34,325 nt of DNA from Ministeria vibrans ATCC 50519 (lineage: Eukaryota; Protista; Filasterea), in contig CALSCP010001964.1 in the NCBI GenBank assembly GCA_943704425.1, forward strand, positions 1-34,325, read 5' to 3'. Below the pieces are notes generated by a model. That model saw nothing but the letters and a program-made list of their open reading frames with translations. It searched no databases and had not been told where the DNA came from. The position numbers and the translations under genes were made by a program. Shown piece after piece: positions 1 to 14,600 of this stretch (position 1 is its first letter; every line of letters starts with the position of its first letter).

Positions 1-2
1 TG

Positions 3-5
<3 letters not shown>

Positions 6-63
<58 letters not shown>

Positions 64-183
64 AAGAGAGTTCAAGAGAGAGAGAGTTCAAGAGAGAGAG
101 GAGGGAGAGAGAAACAAAGTGATAGAGAAACAAAGTGATAGAGAAACAAAGTGATAGAGAAACAAAGTGATAGAGTGTGTGTG

Positions 184-214
<31 letters not shown>

Positions 215-300
215 GAACCAAAGTGATAGAGAGAGTGAGCAAAGTGATAGAGAGAAAGTGATAAGAGAGAGAGAAACAAAGTGATAGAGAGAAAGAGAGA
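6..300. repeat. (GA)n microsatellite followed by tandem ~17-bp GAGAAACAAAGTGATA(GA) units and (GT)n, intronic
   Basis: Directly visible; lies upstream of the splice acceptor at 376-377. Confidence 0.9.
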
Positions 301-377
301 ATTGAAGCACTTTCTTCCAATTGAGAGGATCTAAAGAGAATGATTTTAATTTCATACTCACTCTCACTCTCCCTCAG

Positions 378-470
378 TTACGCTTGCCCGCCTATTCGTC
401 GTTCGACTCATTCCATCGATCACTCACTATTGCAATCACGCACGGAAGTGAAGGATTCTCCAACGCATAA
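378..470 (+). CDS. Terminal exon of a HECT-domain E3 ubiquitin ligase (gene starts upstream of the window)
   Basis: After a pyrimidine tract and CAG acceptor the frame reads LRLPAYSSFDSFHRSLTIAITHGSEGFSNA*. This matches the HECT C-terminal pattern L-x-LP-x-Y-x-S...L-x-x-AI...G-x-EGF, with Phe four residues from the end. Confidence 0.8.
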   Translation, partial: LRLPAYSSFDSFHRSLTIAITHGSEGFSNA

Positions 471-539
471 AAAACCCACACATACATTCTGTACACTATG
501 ATTATGATAATAATAATTTTAATAATATTAATAGTTTTA

Positions 540-1950
540 TTACACAGCCGACTCTTCAATTGTCAGCGAATGGATTTCATGATCTTCTTTCGAGCCTACA
601 GTCAGTCGTGACCGTTCTTGCAACAAACAGAGCTGAACGTGCTCCTTCACGAGAGCACTCAGCGCCCCTCTTTCATCATCAGTCACGACCACACACTCAC
701 TTAGCGTGCGATCATCTTTCACTGTGTTGTGATTGTTGCGTGGTGACACTCGCACGACAAATCCCAACAGTACACCAGAGAGAGTTAGCACAATGATAAT
801 AAAGAACAGATTAATCGTGAGTAGTTCAGGACTCTGCAATTGCACCGAATGCAGTCCACCAATTGCCGGAAAGGCACTTTCCATTGCAACAACAGAGAGA
901 GAGAAGATTACCGCAATCTACGAAAAGGACACAGAATAGTAAACGAAAAGAAAAGCTCCCTCAAAGAAATAATACAATGAAAGAGTAATACAGCAGATGA
1001 AGCACGCACAGGCCCACAAAACGAGACACAGAGTATAATAATAAAATAATAATAACAAACAATAAACTTACAAAGGGAGAGAATCTGTGATTGAGCAGTC
1101 GTAAGAGCCGTCTTGATTTTGAGTGGGCGACGGAACGAGAGGACGGTTTGGTGTGACGACAGAGGAGGACGATAGAAAAGACAAAGGCAGTGAAGAGACC
1201 CGCACCAGTGTAGAGGCCCGGAATGATGCCGAGCGCATTGTAGAGATTACGCGATCCAAAGCATGGCAAGAGTGACTGGTAGCAAAGAAGGTCAACGTGC
1301 GTTGAGTTTGACTCTGTGTGTGTGTGTGACACGATGAGTATCAAAGATGATAAATAACATTATAATTATCATGAACCTTGTCCTTGACAGGAGTACACAG
1401 TGGTTCGATCAACTGCCAGGTAGCAGAGGTAGTCCGCTTTGATGCACAGACCACTTTCAAAGAAGCGCACTGCTGCACTACAGGAATCAGCACCTTTCAC
1501 CTGCATGCGAACGTGAAGGAGGTTATAATAGTACTATAATATCATACTAACCTGATAGATGTTGGTAAGAAAGAAGAAAGCCCACGTATTTCCCGTGATG
1601 AATAGAACAAATGCCAAGAGAAAGGCAAAGGCGAACTTGTGATTCACCTACACACACAAAGTGTCTCTCTCTCTCTCTGTCTGTCAGTCTGTCTGTCTGT
1701 GTAATGTACCTCCACCGCAGTTTCCAGCACAGCGATCGGCGACTGCTTGTCCTGCCTCTATCAACACAGGTTAGGAGCGTCTGCTGCCGTACAGCCAACC
1801 TACCGCGTTGAGAGATTGGCAGTTTCGCAGAGTGTTGACACACTTTTTCACTTCCTTCGCTGGCACGAAAAAGAGGTCGTCAAAGACGCGGAACCCCTGT
1901 TCATCAGTGATCCATATGCGCACCAGGTACGGCAGTAGGAGCAGCGGCAT
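540..1950 (-). CDS. Hypothetical multi-pass membrane protein, about 6 exons
   Basis: GT-AG splicing joins MPLLLLPYLVRIW...SLNA | RQDKQSPIAVLETAVE | VNHKFAFAFLLAFVLFITGNTWAFFFLTNIYQ | VKGADSC...CQGQ | ESNSTHVDLLCYQ...FSPF | IAVIFSLSVVAMESAFP...EESAV* in frame. About 4 hydrophobic segments and a Cys-rich loop; no family recognised. Confidence 0.6.
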
Positions 1951-2198
1951 GATCACGATCGTGCCTGTTCGCGAATGAGGTGAGTGATCCACTGCCCTCA
2001 ATTGCTCTCACCGAAGAGAATGCAACACGCGTATACGACAGAAAATTGATACGGCGTTAGTGTCATTGGTAAACAAATATCCTCATGAACAAAAAAGCAA
2101 TACGAAGATGTATATAAAAAGTAATAAGTATCAAAATAATGAATAGTTTTGATCACACAGTTTTGGTACTTTATTTCTCATTCACGCACATTCATTCA

Positions 2199-2701
2199 AT
2201 GATCAGACTAGTCGCCGCGCGTCGCACCATCACCACGGTGGCTCACCACGTGCCAGCAATCTCGTTTCCGCAGCGTCGCACTGCCGAGGGTTTACGTACG
2301 GCTGAGCATTCAATGGCGGAGTTTGTCATCTCACCTGTGCTCGCTCCTCCTGTCGACAGCACTCGTCACCCTCTCGGTGGAGAACTTTAACAAGTCACTT
2401 CTCGTGATGCCGCCCGCGACACAGGCTGAGAGTGCCTATGTGCCGAGAATTGTGAGACTTTTTTTTTCTGAAGGAATTTTCCAAACTTGCACTCATTCTT
2501 GTCGTTCCAGCCAAAGCGCTGGGGCGTCGCAAGTGCCAGCGCACCCCTCGTGGACTTTACTCCCGAGCACTACGATTCGCCTGAGTTTTCCGCCTTTGAG
2601 CAGAGTCTAATTGAGGTAGGAACGACAGAAAGAGTCTTCTCTCTCTTACGGCCGTTTGCTCTCTCGCTGTCTAGACGGGCGGAGCAAGTGCCTTTGACTG
2701 A
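2199..2701 (+). CDS. KGD4/MRPS36-like small mitochondrial protein (2-oxoglutarate dehydrogenase E4 adaptor), 4 exons
   Basis: Arg-rich presequence-like N-terminus MIRLVAARRTITT, then HVPAISFPQRR (cf. the H-x-P-x-I-x-F motif). The spliced C-terminus is FSAFEQSLIE|TGGASAFD* (cf. E-x-x-x-I-x-x-GGA). Confidence 0.6.
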
Positions 2702-2781
2702 TCCGCGCGGTTTGTATATATGAAAACAACCACCCCCTTCCCTTTGATAACCCAACTAAAATCAATCACAGCGTTGGTTTA

Positions 2782-3020
2782 CTCCTGTGCGTGTGACATG
2801 GCGTACTGATGGCGCACGGTGTGTGCAATGCGAGGCTCTCTTGTGACCACGAGAGGTCAGTCACGGTCCTTTGCTTACCGACAATGGGTGTCGGTGAGCC
2901 CACCAGGTGCAACCACCTGCGACTTGACCCTTACGTCACGACTGAGTCGGGCACAGGGGCGAGACGCGCCATGCTGAGACCGTGCTAACTGACGATGGGT
3001 TTGCGAGAGTGCCATCGCTT
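2782..3020 (+). ncRNA. Candidate structured non-coding RNA or structured 3' element, family unassigned
   Basis: At least six helices in ~240 nt between two convergent stop codons. Non-Watson-Crick positions are G-U on the + strand. No convincing ORF. Confidence 0.4.
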
Positions 3021-3142
3021 AAGCAGTAATGACGTCGAAGAAGAAAAGTAACAGAAGCGGAGACCGGTTCGATGATGGTTAGACAATTGGCATGGTACAA
3101 TATACAATAGTAGTAAGAGAGAGAGAGAAGGGGGGGGGGGGG

Positions 3143-3304
3143 CTTCATACGTTGAAGAGGGGTGCAAGGATGTGCTGGGCAAAGAGCTCAGAGTCAAGCA
3201 TGGAAACATGTGGGGGAGAGGTGCCTTCATACGTTGAAGAGGGGTGCAAGGATGGCAATTAGCTGCTGGGCAAAGAGCTCAGAGTCAAGCATGGAAACAT
3301 GTGG
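3143..3304. repeat. Direct duplication of the last ~80 nt of the FAM135-like CDS
   Basis: 3143-3213 matches 3225-3304 except for a 9-nt deletion (GCAATTAGC). Confidence 0.9.
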
Positions 3305-5544
3305 AGTGCGACCAATGAAGGCATCGAGGGGTCCGAGGGTGGGTACAGCGGCACGAGCGTGGCTCACTGTCAGGCGCAGCAGCAGCAGCAATTGACCTGT
3401 CGGTGTGGGGGTTGGATTAAACGACTGGTGCATGTTGGCGGTGAGTGTTGCCAGTGCTTGACCCATGCGCGTGGTGGGGTTGGCGCGGGACGAGGGAAGC
3501 GCAAGTGCCGAGCTCAGGGGCACATAGGCGTCGTCGGGTGAGCCAGCCAAAACAATGTGCGAGAAGTGTGAGAGACGGTCACGTTCGCTCAGGCGCACGA
3601 GGAACGCCTCGCGAGGATCGCTTGTGTCGGAGAGACTCAGTTGCGCGAGGGAACGACTCTGCTTGAAACGCTGCGCAAGACGCATTCCGGTGGACACCAG
3701 AGTGCTTGAGCTGTACACTGTACCAGCGTGTGGGCCAGCAAGCGACACAAATGTGTGCAGATGTGACAGATACGAGGCGAGAGCGGGACGCGTGAGTGCG
3801 TTGCGCACAATCACAGAGCCCAGAGAGTGTGCCACAAACGACAGAGCCATGCAAGTATTCGTTGTCTCCTCCTCACTCAGCTGCTGTTCTAACTGTGGCA
3901 TCAATTCATCCACAAAGCTGTCGGTGAGCACTTCCAAATCAAGCCATGTCGAGCGTTCGTTTGCGCTCGACATGATGATGTTGGCAGAGGGCAGGGCGAG
4001 TGACAGGAAGTTCTTCACAATGCGGAGGTCGTGTCGGTTGCCAAGGAAACCATGCACAAAGACAATGGTGTGCACAATGACGTTGCTTTCAGTGCCAGTC
4101 GTATTGTGAGGACAGTAATCAGAATATGGTACAGATGGTGTGGTGGGATACGAGCAGTCGACAGAGTGACCTGTTTCCGTGACGTACAGTGCTTCTGTTC
4201 CATTAAACCTGCGCGTCTTTGACTCAGTGGGAGTGTGAAGCTGACGCAAGAGCGCACGGCGGTCAGATTCAGTGGCGTATGAGTCCTCGAGTGGAGCGTG
4301 TGCCAGGAAGGGGCAGAGAGAAGCGGGAAGTGTGTGAAGATGTCGATACGTCGTCGAGTGAGGATGGGGGATTGCAAAGTGTGCTTGGGTGGGACTGTGA
4401 TCGTGTGGTGGCGCTTGAAACTGCGCAATGGTTAGGGGAAGGAGAGAGGGAGACGAAGCATCAAGTGCAGGACATTCAATGGTGAGGGATGGTAGACGGT
4501 GATGGAGGAATGGGGACTGGCGGAAATGGCGCAGACGGCTCGCGTGCGCGTCGACGTCCTCTGACAATCCAACTTGGCCCAGCGAGTAGACGTGTTGGGA
4601 GGCGACAGCGTGCAGAAATCGGGCTCTTCGCGACTCTTTGTGCCACTTGTGCAGTTTTGTGAGTACATTTGAGTTGTGTGGGGAGGTCAGAGTGCTGAAG
4701 AGGGACAATACAATTGAGGGCGCAGCTGGGTCTACGTGTTGAATGTTGATTTTAGTGCTCTCTCTTTTGAGATGAGTTGTGACGTGTTACCTGTCGGGGA
4801 ATCAATGTCGGGAAATAGAAAGCGGTGTGTGTCAAAAAGGTACTGGAGCGAGGGCATGGCGGAAGGAGAATCGAGGTGGTGCGTTGGAGAGAGAGTAGCG
4901 TCGAGCGTGGCGGTGCGGTTGAAGTGACTGTTGAGTGTGCTGGTGAGGCGGTCCGTGGCGCAATTAAGGCCAACTTGGGCGGCCACTACAACCAAGCGAG
5001 CAGTGCAAAAGTTGATGTAGTCAAAGACAAGGTCGAAGGCGGCAACGACACCGGTGGAGGCAACACGACGCAACACCAGCTGACGACGACTCACTGCCGC
5101 CCACGCCACACAGCGCGTCGCCTGATGATCCTCTCGAGGTTTGAACCACAGGTCAACGTGCAGCACCAGAGAGTTGTGAGTGTAGGTGGAGGCGCCGGGG
5201 TCGAGGATGTCGGGAAGAACGAGGGAGAAGAGCGCGTTGTCATGGAGGGCGAAACGGTCGTTGACATAGTTGACGTTGATTGGACTTGAGCTGAAAGTCG
5301 CTGTGGCGAGCGGCGTGGCGTTGGCGTCTGAGAGGCAATGGATGGACTCAAGACGAGCAGGTGGGGGGAATGAGCAGCGTAGTTGGTAGGTTCTGTAGCG
5401 GTGTGTTTGGAGAGGTGTGTGACAATCACAATGAGTATTGAGTCATTTGAATTATTCTTGTGTTTACCCTCGGTTGATGAGATCGACGTTATGAAAGGAC
5501 TGCAATGAAAGCGCTACAAGAACATGAGGTGTTGACCAGGGCAT
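3227..5544 (-). CDS. FAM135: FAM135-like protein with C-terminal DUF676 putative lipase (alpha/beta hydrolase), 3 exons
   Basis: N-terminal LQSFHNVDLINRG|TYQLR (cf. FAM135 LHKFYNVDLFQRGFYQIR). C-terminal VFVHGFLGNRHDLR, SFVAHSLG, FVSLAGPHAG, SPDDAYVP and IGRTPHVSMLDSELF. Introns at about 5467-5394 and a 41-nt intron at about 4735-4695. Confidence 0.9.
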
Positions 5545-5634
5545 GGAAACGAATCTGAGTGGTGTGTGAGTAAATACTCAAATTGATTATTGGGCGATTT
5601 TTTGATCAATCAAATTTCTCATTCTCTACACACG
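5545..5634. promoter_or_regulatory. Probable bidirectional promoter (90 bp between the divergent ATGs of FAM135 and eEFSec)
   Basis: Head-to-head start codons at 5544 (-) and 5635 (+). Confidence 0.55.
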
Positions 5635-8901
<3,267 letters not shown>

Positions 8902-9078
8902 AACAATCATATTTGTGACTTCTCAGGCCCGCCTTCTTAATACAGTTATATTGGTCGCGTCTGACGATGTTTTTTCTCAATTTCCACGTATACGTCCGGT
9001 TTGCTGCTGATGCGCTGTATTATTTGGGTGCGTTGAGTATTGTTTGATTCTCTTATGGAGACCATTCAAGCGCTACTG

Positions 9079-9400
9079 TGTACAATTGTCATAGAGTATA
9101 TATGCTACATGTATGTGTCAGGTTTGCTAATGCAGCTGAGACCAAGTCGCAAGCCGGACGTGACTTCAGTCTGTACCTCTCATGAATAGTATGTACAATA
9201 GTCATAGAGTATACTACATGTATGTCTCAGTCCTGCTAGTGCAGCTGAGGCCGACAAATCCAAGTCGCAAGTCGGACCTCTCATGTACCTCTCATGAATA
9301 GTATGTACAATAGTCATAGAATATACTACATTTCCATTGGTGTTTGTGCCAGTTTTGCTAATGCGGCTGAGACTGACGAATCCAAGTCGGACGTGACTTG
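9079..9400. repeat. Three degenerate tandem ~112-bp units; the third overlaps the MED7 stop codon
   Basis: Units start with TGTACAA at 9079, 9192 and 9304 and share GTCATAGA, CTACAT, TGCTA(A/G)TGC(A/G)GCTGAG, CCAAGTCG and CGGAC. Confidence 0.85.
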
Positions 9401-10032
9401 GCGGCGTTTCTCCAATTGACTGTGCAAGAGCTGTTCGAGTTGTTCACGCGCCTGAAACGGTCGGTGTTCGTTGAGAATGTGGTGGATATTGATAAAGAGA
9501 GCTTCCAAATCGGTGAGTTTTCGAGCGTACTATCGAGAGAAAGAAGAGAATGATGAGTTGGTGAGTGTGCGATCATGCGACTCACTTGGTCTGGATCGCT
9601 CTGAAGGATTTGAATAAGCTCGAGGAAGTTGAAAAGGGCGCTCTGGTGTAACCGACGGAGCTCCTCGCGGATATCTGCGCGATAAAGAGAAGGCGATGTT
9701 GAGCAGAGAGCGAAAAAAAAAGAGAAAGAGAGAGAGAGAAAATCACCTTGAGTGGAATCGTAGAGTTTGGTCAATCCCAGCTCTTCCAGGGGACGAATTA
9801 AGGGGGCGTTGGCGGCAAACGGTTCTCCAAAGACGGTCAGTGGCGTGCCGTCGGCAGGAGGCGGAGGTGGAGGCGGGGCAGTGCCTGCTTGGACGCGTTC
9901 GTTGGTGTACAGTCGCGAGAGCGTTGGAGGCGGCGGAAGCGTGTCTACCAGGCCGGATGCAGCAGCGGCGGCGGCAGCGGCAGCAGCAGTAGCCGAACTA
10001 GAGGCGGTCGGCGTTGCTGAGGCAGTACTCAT
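9326..10032 (-). CDS. MED7: Mediator of RNA polymerase II transcription subunit 7, 3 exons
   Basis: PPPPP...VFGE...IRPLEELGLTKLY, DIREELRRLHQSALFNFLELIQIL and LFINIHHILNEHRPFQAREQL match the MED7 signature. Confidence 0.93.
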
Positions 10033-10077
10033 TCAAAATTATTGTCATATTTTGAAGTCAGAAGTAATCAAGTAAAT

Positions 10078-10194
10078 GAAGACGTTTCTTATTATTTTAT
10101 TATCACTTCATTATCAATCACAAACGAAAAGCGACAACACAAACAGCTCAGAACCACTTTCTAAGCTACGGGAGCGCCGAGAGGGAGCGGAGAC
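10078..10194 (-). repeat. Dispersed repeat, copy A (upstream of MED7)
   Basis: Reverse complement of 10140-10164 is identical to 21933-21957 (TTAGAAAGTGGTTCTGAGCTGTTTG), with degenerate similarity on both sides. Confidence 0.85.
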
Positions 10195-10356
10195 AGGTTG
10201 GCTAATGGCCAGACAAGTGACGCGATAGACACCAGATACACAATATCCTGAGAGGGACATAAGGCTCTGCCAGCACAAGGGCCGGCACCCAATTATTATT
10301 GCACTTGTGCTTTTGTAATAGATCTGGTGACTGTAATGAATAAATGGGTTGTATTC

Positions 10357-10391
<35 letters not shown>

Positions 10392-10451
10392 GAATAACAT
10401 ATTGCATGTAATGTACAAAAAACGCAATAACACACTGACATAACACAATCC

Positions 10452-11397
10452 CTAAGAGAGAAAGAGCACACGAGCGGGGTACTCGGACTTTGCGGCTTCC
10501 TGGCAGCGCGCACGGAAGTTTTGAAGGCCTTCATGAATAGACGAGAGCCACAGGTCGCGCGACTGGACGTTGTCTGCTTGCAGAAAGTACGTGCGATGTA
10601 GGGTCGTCACAACAAACAGTTCGTTTCCTGCAATTGCTATAATTCCAGATACGGGTACCGCGGGTCAATTGGGAAGGGAGTGTGATGAGTGGGTACCTTT
10701 TGCGTGAGACTCGGTGTAGTCGCCAGGGGTTCCAATGCGCACGTCGACAATCTGTACACAAGAAGTCAAAAACGTTGAGTTGCTGTGTAAGAGAGGACCA
10801 GTCGAGCGTACCTCACGCACGTCTAACGACCCCATTTGCTTTTGCACACCCGCACCGGGTTCCTTGTCAAAGTACAGGATACGATACTCCCCGTGAAAGG
10901 TGAACCAGCGGCGCAACCAGTTCTTGCGGACCTTTCCTCTCTAAACAGTCAAAGAGAGAGAGAGAGAGAGAGTAAAGTGAGTGTTGTGAGCGGATTCGTA
11001 AAAAGGGAGTGCTTTGCTGCAACTTCAACTAACGGGGAACACCCACACGCTAGCATACCTTAGTCAGGAAGCCACAGCAGGGGTCGCGGACGCCGCTTTC
11101 GGACACGGCAGGACCGACTTTGGAAAAGAAGGACGGTGCGTCGTGTTCGCTCTCACGGTCGTCCTCATCGACCGCGGTCAGCGGCGGCGACGGCACCCGT
11201 GGTGGCACGGCAGTCGGTGCGTCTGATGAGAAGAATGAGGGGACGTCGCTCGCGGCGTACTGCGCGTTGGGCTGATGTGCAGGGAAGACAGTGCTCGAGG
11301 GCGGATACACTGCGCTCGGCGGATACACAGCGCCCGGTTGGGGCTGCGCCTGTTGCGGAGGGTAGCTGCTACCCGCGGCCGAAGGAGGGTAGGCCAT
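10452..11397 (-). CDS. PH-domain protein with Pro/Gln-rich N-terminus, about 4 exons
   Basis: Spliced CCGFLTK...GKVRKNWLRRWF...ILYFDKE...GSLDVRE | IVDV...| ...LFVVTTLHRTFFLQADNVQSRDLWLVSIHE gives a canonical PH fold with the C-terminal helix Trp. The 3' end is uncertain. Confidence 0.85.
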
Positions 11398-11660
11398 GTT
11401 TTAACGATTTAATAGTGTGTGTGAACTGTGAATCTGAGTGGAACTCACTATCATTCACAATCGCTTTCATATTTTTTGCAAAAGAAGACTTTATTCGCTG
11501 TCCAATCGCTCCATTCCCCAACCATTGAAGTGAAAAATCATGCCACACGGGTATTGGTAAAGTCTTTAGAGTCATAATTATTTCACAGGAGCAGCGAGCA
11601 GTGAACGACAATCTTCTATTCAATCTTCAAAAATCAAAATTCAATCAGTTTTTATTTTTC

Positions 11661-14600
11661 ATGATACTCTTCGCTCTGGTGCTCGCTCTGCTGGGGCCAT
11701 CTGCGTCGCTCCTGGCCAACGAGTATACACCACTTGACACAGAGTATCTTCTGCCGCAGCCGCGCTCCATGGCAGCCAGTGCTCTGGTGAAGAGTGCGGG
11801 TTTTCAGTACACCGACGCGTACTTCATCACGGGTGGGCTCTCGCGCACTCTGGCGCTCAACACGACGTTCGCCTGGCACAGTGTTCTCCAGCGATGGACG
11901 TACATTGACACAGGGGACACGTGGTACACGCCACGAATCGGGCATGTTGCGGGGGCGCTGTCCTTCACGCCCGGACACGTCGCAGGCGCGCTCGACGCGG
12001 CGACCACCGCCAACGCGTCGGCGCTCGTCATCTACGGCGGCATGGCTGTCAACTTTGACCTGGTGCTGCTTGACTCGGTGTTTGTCTTGGACTACGATGA
12101 GGCTGCGGACGCGTGGGCGTGGCGTCAGTGGAACCTCACGACAGGTCCGTCACCGCGCGCCTTTGGCACAGCCGCGACGCACAACAACCAAATTTTCATG
12201 TATGGCGGCAACTCCGGCTCGGAAACCAACAACGAAATGTGGCGTCTGAGTCCATCCAAGGGTTGGGAGTTGCTTCCGACCTGCGCTAGTGCGTTTTGTC
12301 CCCTTGCCTGTGCCAATGCCATTGGCGTCATGTTTCAAGATGCGTTTGTCGTCTCGGGCGGTGTCCAAGTCACAACCGGTACAAAAGGCTGTGTCCCCCT
12401 CCCCCCGTTCTTACCCCTCTTTTTATTATTATTATTATTATCATTATATTTTATCATATATTTTATTCTTTTATTAGGATTGATACTGAGTAACACTTGG
12501 GCATACAATACGACCAGCGGCGAATATCTATCCCTCCCTGTCAACACGACTGGCTTCACGGGCACCTACTCGTCGTGTGCCGCGCTGGTAGACGAGCATC
12601 TGCTCACTGTATTTGGTGGAGTGGGTGAAAAACACGGCGAGGCGTTTCAGGCGAATCTCGTTCAACTGGACGTAGCAGCGGCGTTCGCTGCGATTGCAAG
12701 TGATGAGACTGTCGAACCAAATTTACATTGGGTGACTGTACAAGCTGAAGGCACACCAACGCTGCGTGTGGAGTGCACTGCAACCATTATCAATTCGCTT
12801 TTCACCGTGTTTGGTGGTGCCTCGAGTGCCGGTGTGCCTTTGAATGGTCTCTGGCAACTTCACCCACCCACCAACAACTTGGGATTTCCGTCGTGGCTCG
12901 AACTCGCTGGAGGCCTCACGGCACCCGAACCCTCTGCGCGTCTCATGAGTGCCATTGCGGTGAGTCAGCAGCGTATTTTTATCTGCTTTGGTTTGTCCGT
13001 CTTTTTTATTACCGACTCGTCGCTTGGTGACTGCTGGACGCTCGAACTGAACGTCACCAATGGCTGGTCGCGCATCCAGCGCCCCAACACGCCCACGGCG
13101 CGTCAAGCCCACTCACTTACAGCAGTCAACGACAACACACTCATGCTGTATGGCGGCTGCTACGGCGACATGATTACCTCCGATTGTACGTCGCTGTCAT
13201 CTTCGAATGCACTGTACCGCTTTGACACAATCGAGTACGCGTGGGAGCTCATGCCATTGCCGTCGACTGGACCCGCTTCCTTTGTGCGTTATGGTCATTC
13301 AGCACACGCCTTTCACGATGACAGCGACACTGTCGGAATCTTTGTGTGGGGCGGCCGACTCGCACTTGACTCGCGCGCACCTATCACCTCCCCCAAAGAG
13401 TCGCTTTTTTTCTTTCTCAACGGCACCGTCGCCGACACGACTGTGAGTGCGTCCGCGAGTGTGCCTCCGCCCCGCTCCTTCTTTGCGTCGGCCCTCGTCA
13501 AGGGACGCTTCTTCGTCTATGGTGGGGTGAGCATGCTCACAGGACAGGTGTACAATGACCTGTGGATCCTCAGCAGCGTGACACCGGGTACGGCTAGCAT
13601 TGGCACATGGACCGAGGTCACCACACAGCAGCCGTGGTTTGTGAATCCGCGAGCGGGCGCGGCGACTGCGACCATTGGCAACAAGATGGTCGTCTTTGGT
13701 GGCACCTGGGTGCACAGCAAGACGGTGACTCTGTCCGAATTGGGCACCCTCTACAACACAACGGTCGTGTACAACACGGACACAAATGAGTGGTCTTTTG
13801 TGTGTACCGACAACATGTCTCCTCTCATCTATCCTGCGGGCACTGCGACCGGCAATCGCATGTTCGTCTTTGCCGGCGGCGAGTATGTCTTTGGCTCGTC
13901 GACTGCCTATCAAATGGAACTGGGCTGTCCGTCCGGCTCGTACGGCGACGTTGCAAGTCGCTGCACGTTGTGTCCGCTAGGCACCTACTCGACTCAGGCG
14001 GGCGCCTCGGCATGCACCGACTGCCCAGGCGTCTCCTACAGCAGCACAGAGGGTGCCGCGTCGCTCGACGAGTGCGACGTTTGCCAGCCGGGCACTTGCC
14101 ACTACCACGGTGTCTGCCACCTTGCTTCCCCCGGCTCGCTTGCCGCCGATTGCGACTGCAACGCCGGTTACCTGCCTCTGGACAGTTGCCATCGTGCCCT
14201 TGCCGTTCCCATTGGTCTCGGCGTCACAGCTGCCGTTCTGCTCATTCTGCTCCTTGTTTTCTTCGTGCGTCGTCGTTCACGTCAGTTCCGCAAGACTGAG
14301 TCCATCTACGAGCATTTGCTAAAAGAGTCTCACTATCAGGCAAGGAAAAAACACAAACTATTCTCAAGGTCGTTCCTTAACTCGTTTTGATATTGTCGGT
14401 GTATAGATTTCGGAATTATCACAATTTTGGCAGATTGATGAAAATGAGCTGAAAATGGATCGAGTGATGGCGCGCGGGGCGTCTGGTGTGGTCTGGCGTG
14501 CAGTGTATGATGAGAAGGAGGTTGCGGTGAAGGTTTTGCACGAAGGATTGGTGGAAATGGCGGATTCATCGGAGGAGTTTGAGCGGGAGATTCATTTGAT

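Noticed and set aside
108-175. Similarity to tetO (AGTGATAGAGA) or a CRISPR-like array
   Set aside because: Only one half-site of tetO, no unique spacers, and the context is a eukaryotic intron; it is a simple tandem repeat
2810-3020. TPP riboswitch, hammerhead, RNase MRP/P or U1 identity for the structured element
   Set aside because: Only isolated motifs are present (CTGAGA, CTGACGA, GAGAGTGCC, and CATTGCAC on the minus strand). The required partners and spacing (GAAA core, GAAAGTCCCC, ACTTACCTG, TAAT loop) are missing.
3028-3078. SECIS-like ATGAC...AAAA...TGAT downstream of the KGD4 TGA stop
   Set aside because: The helix GTCGAA/TTCGAT is only 6-7 bp and out of register with the UGAN/NGAN quartet, and the KGD4 TGA falls at the expected C-terminus
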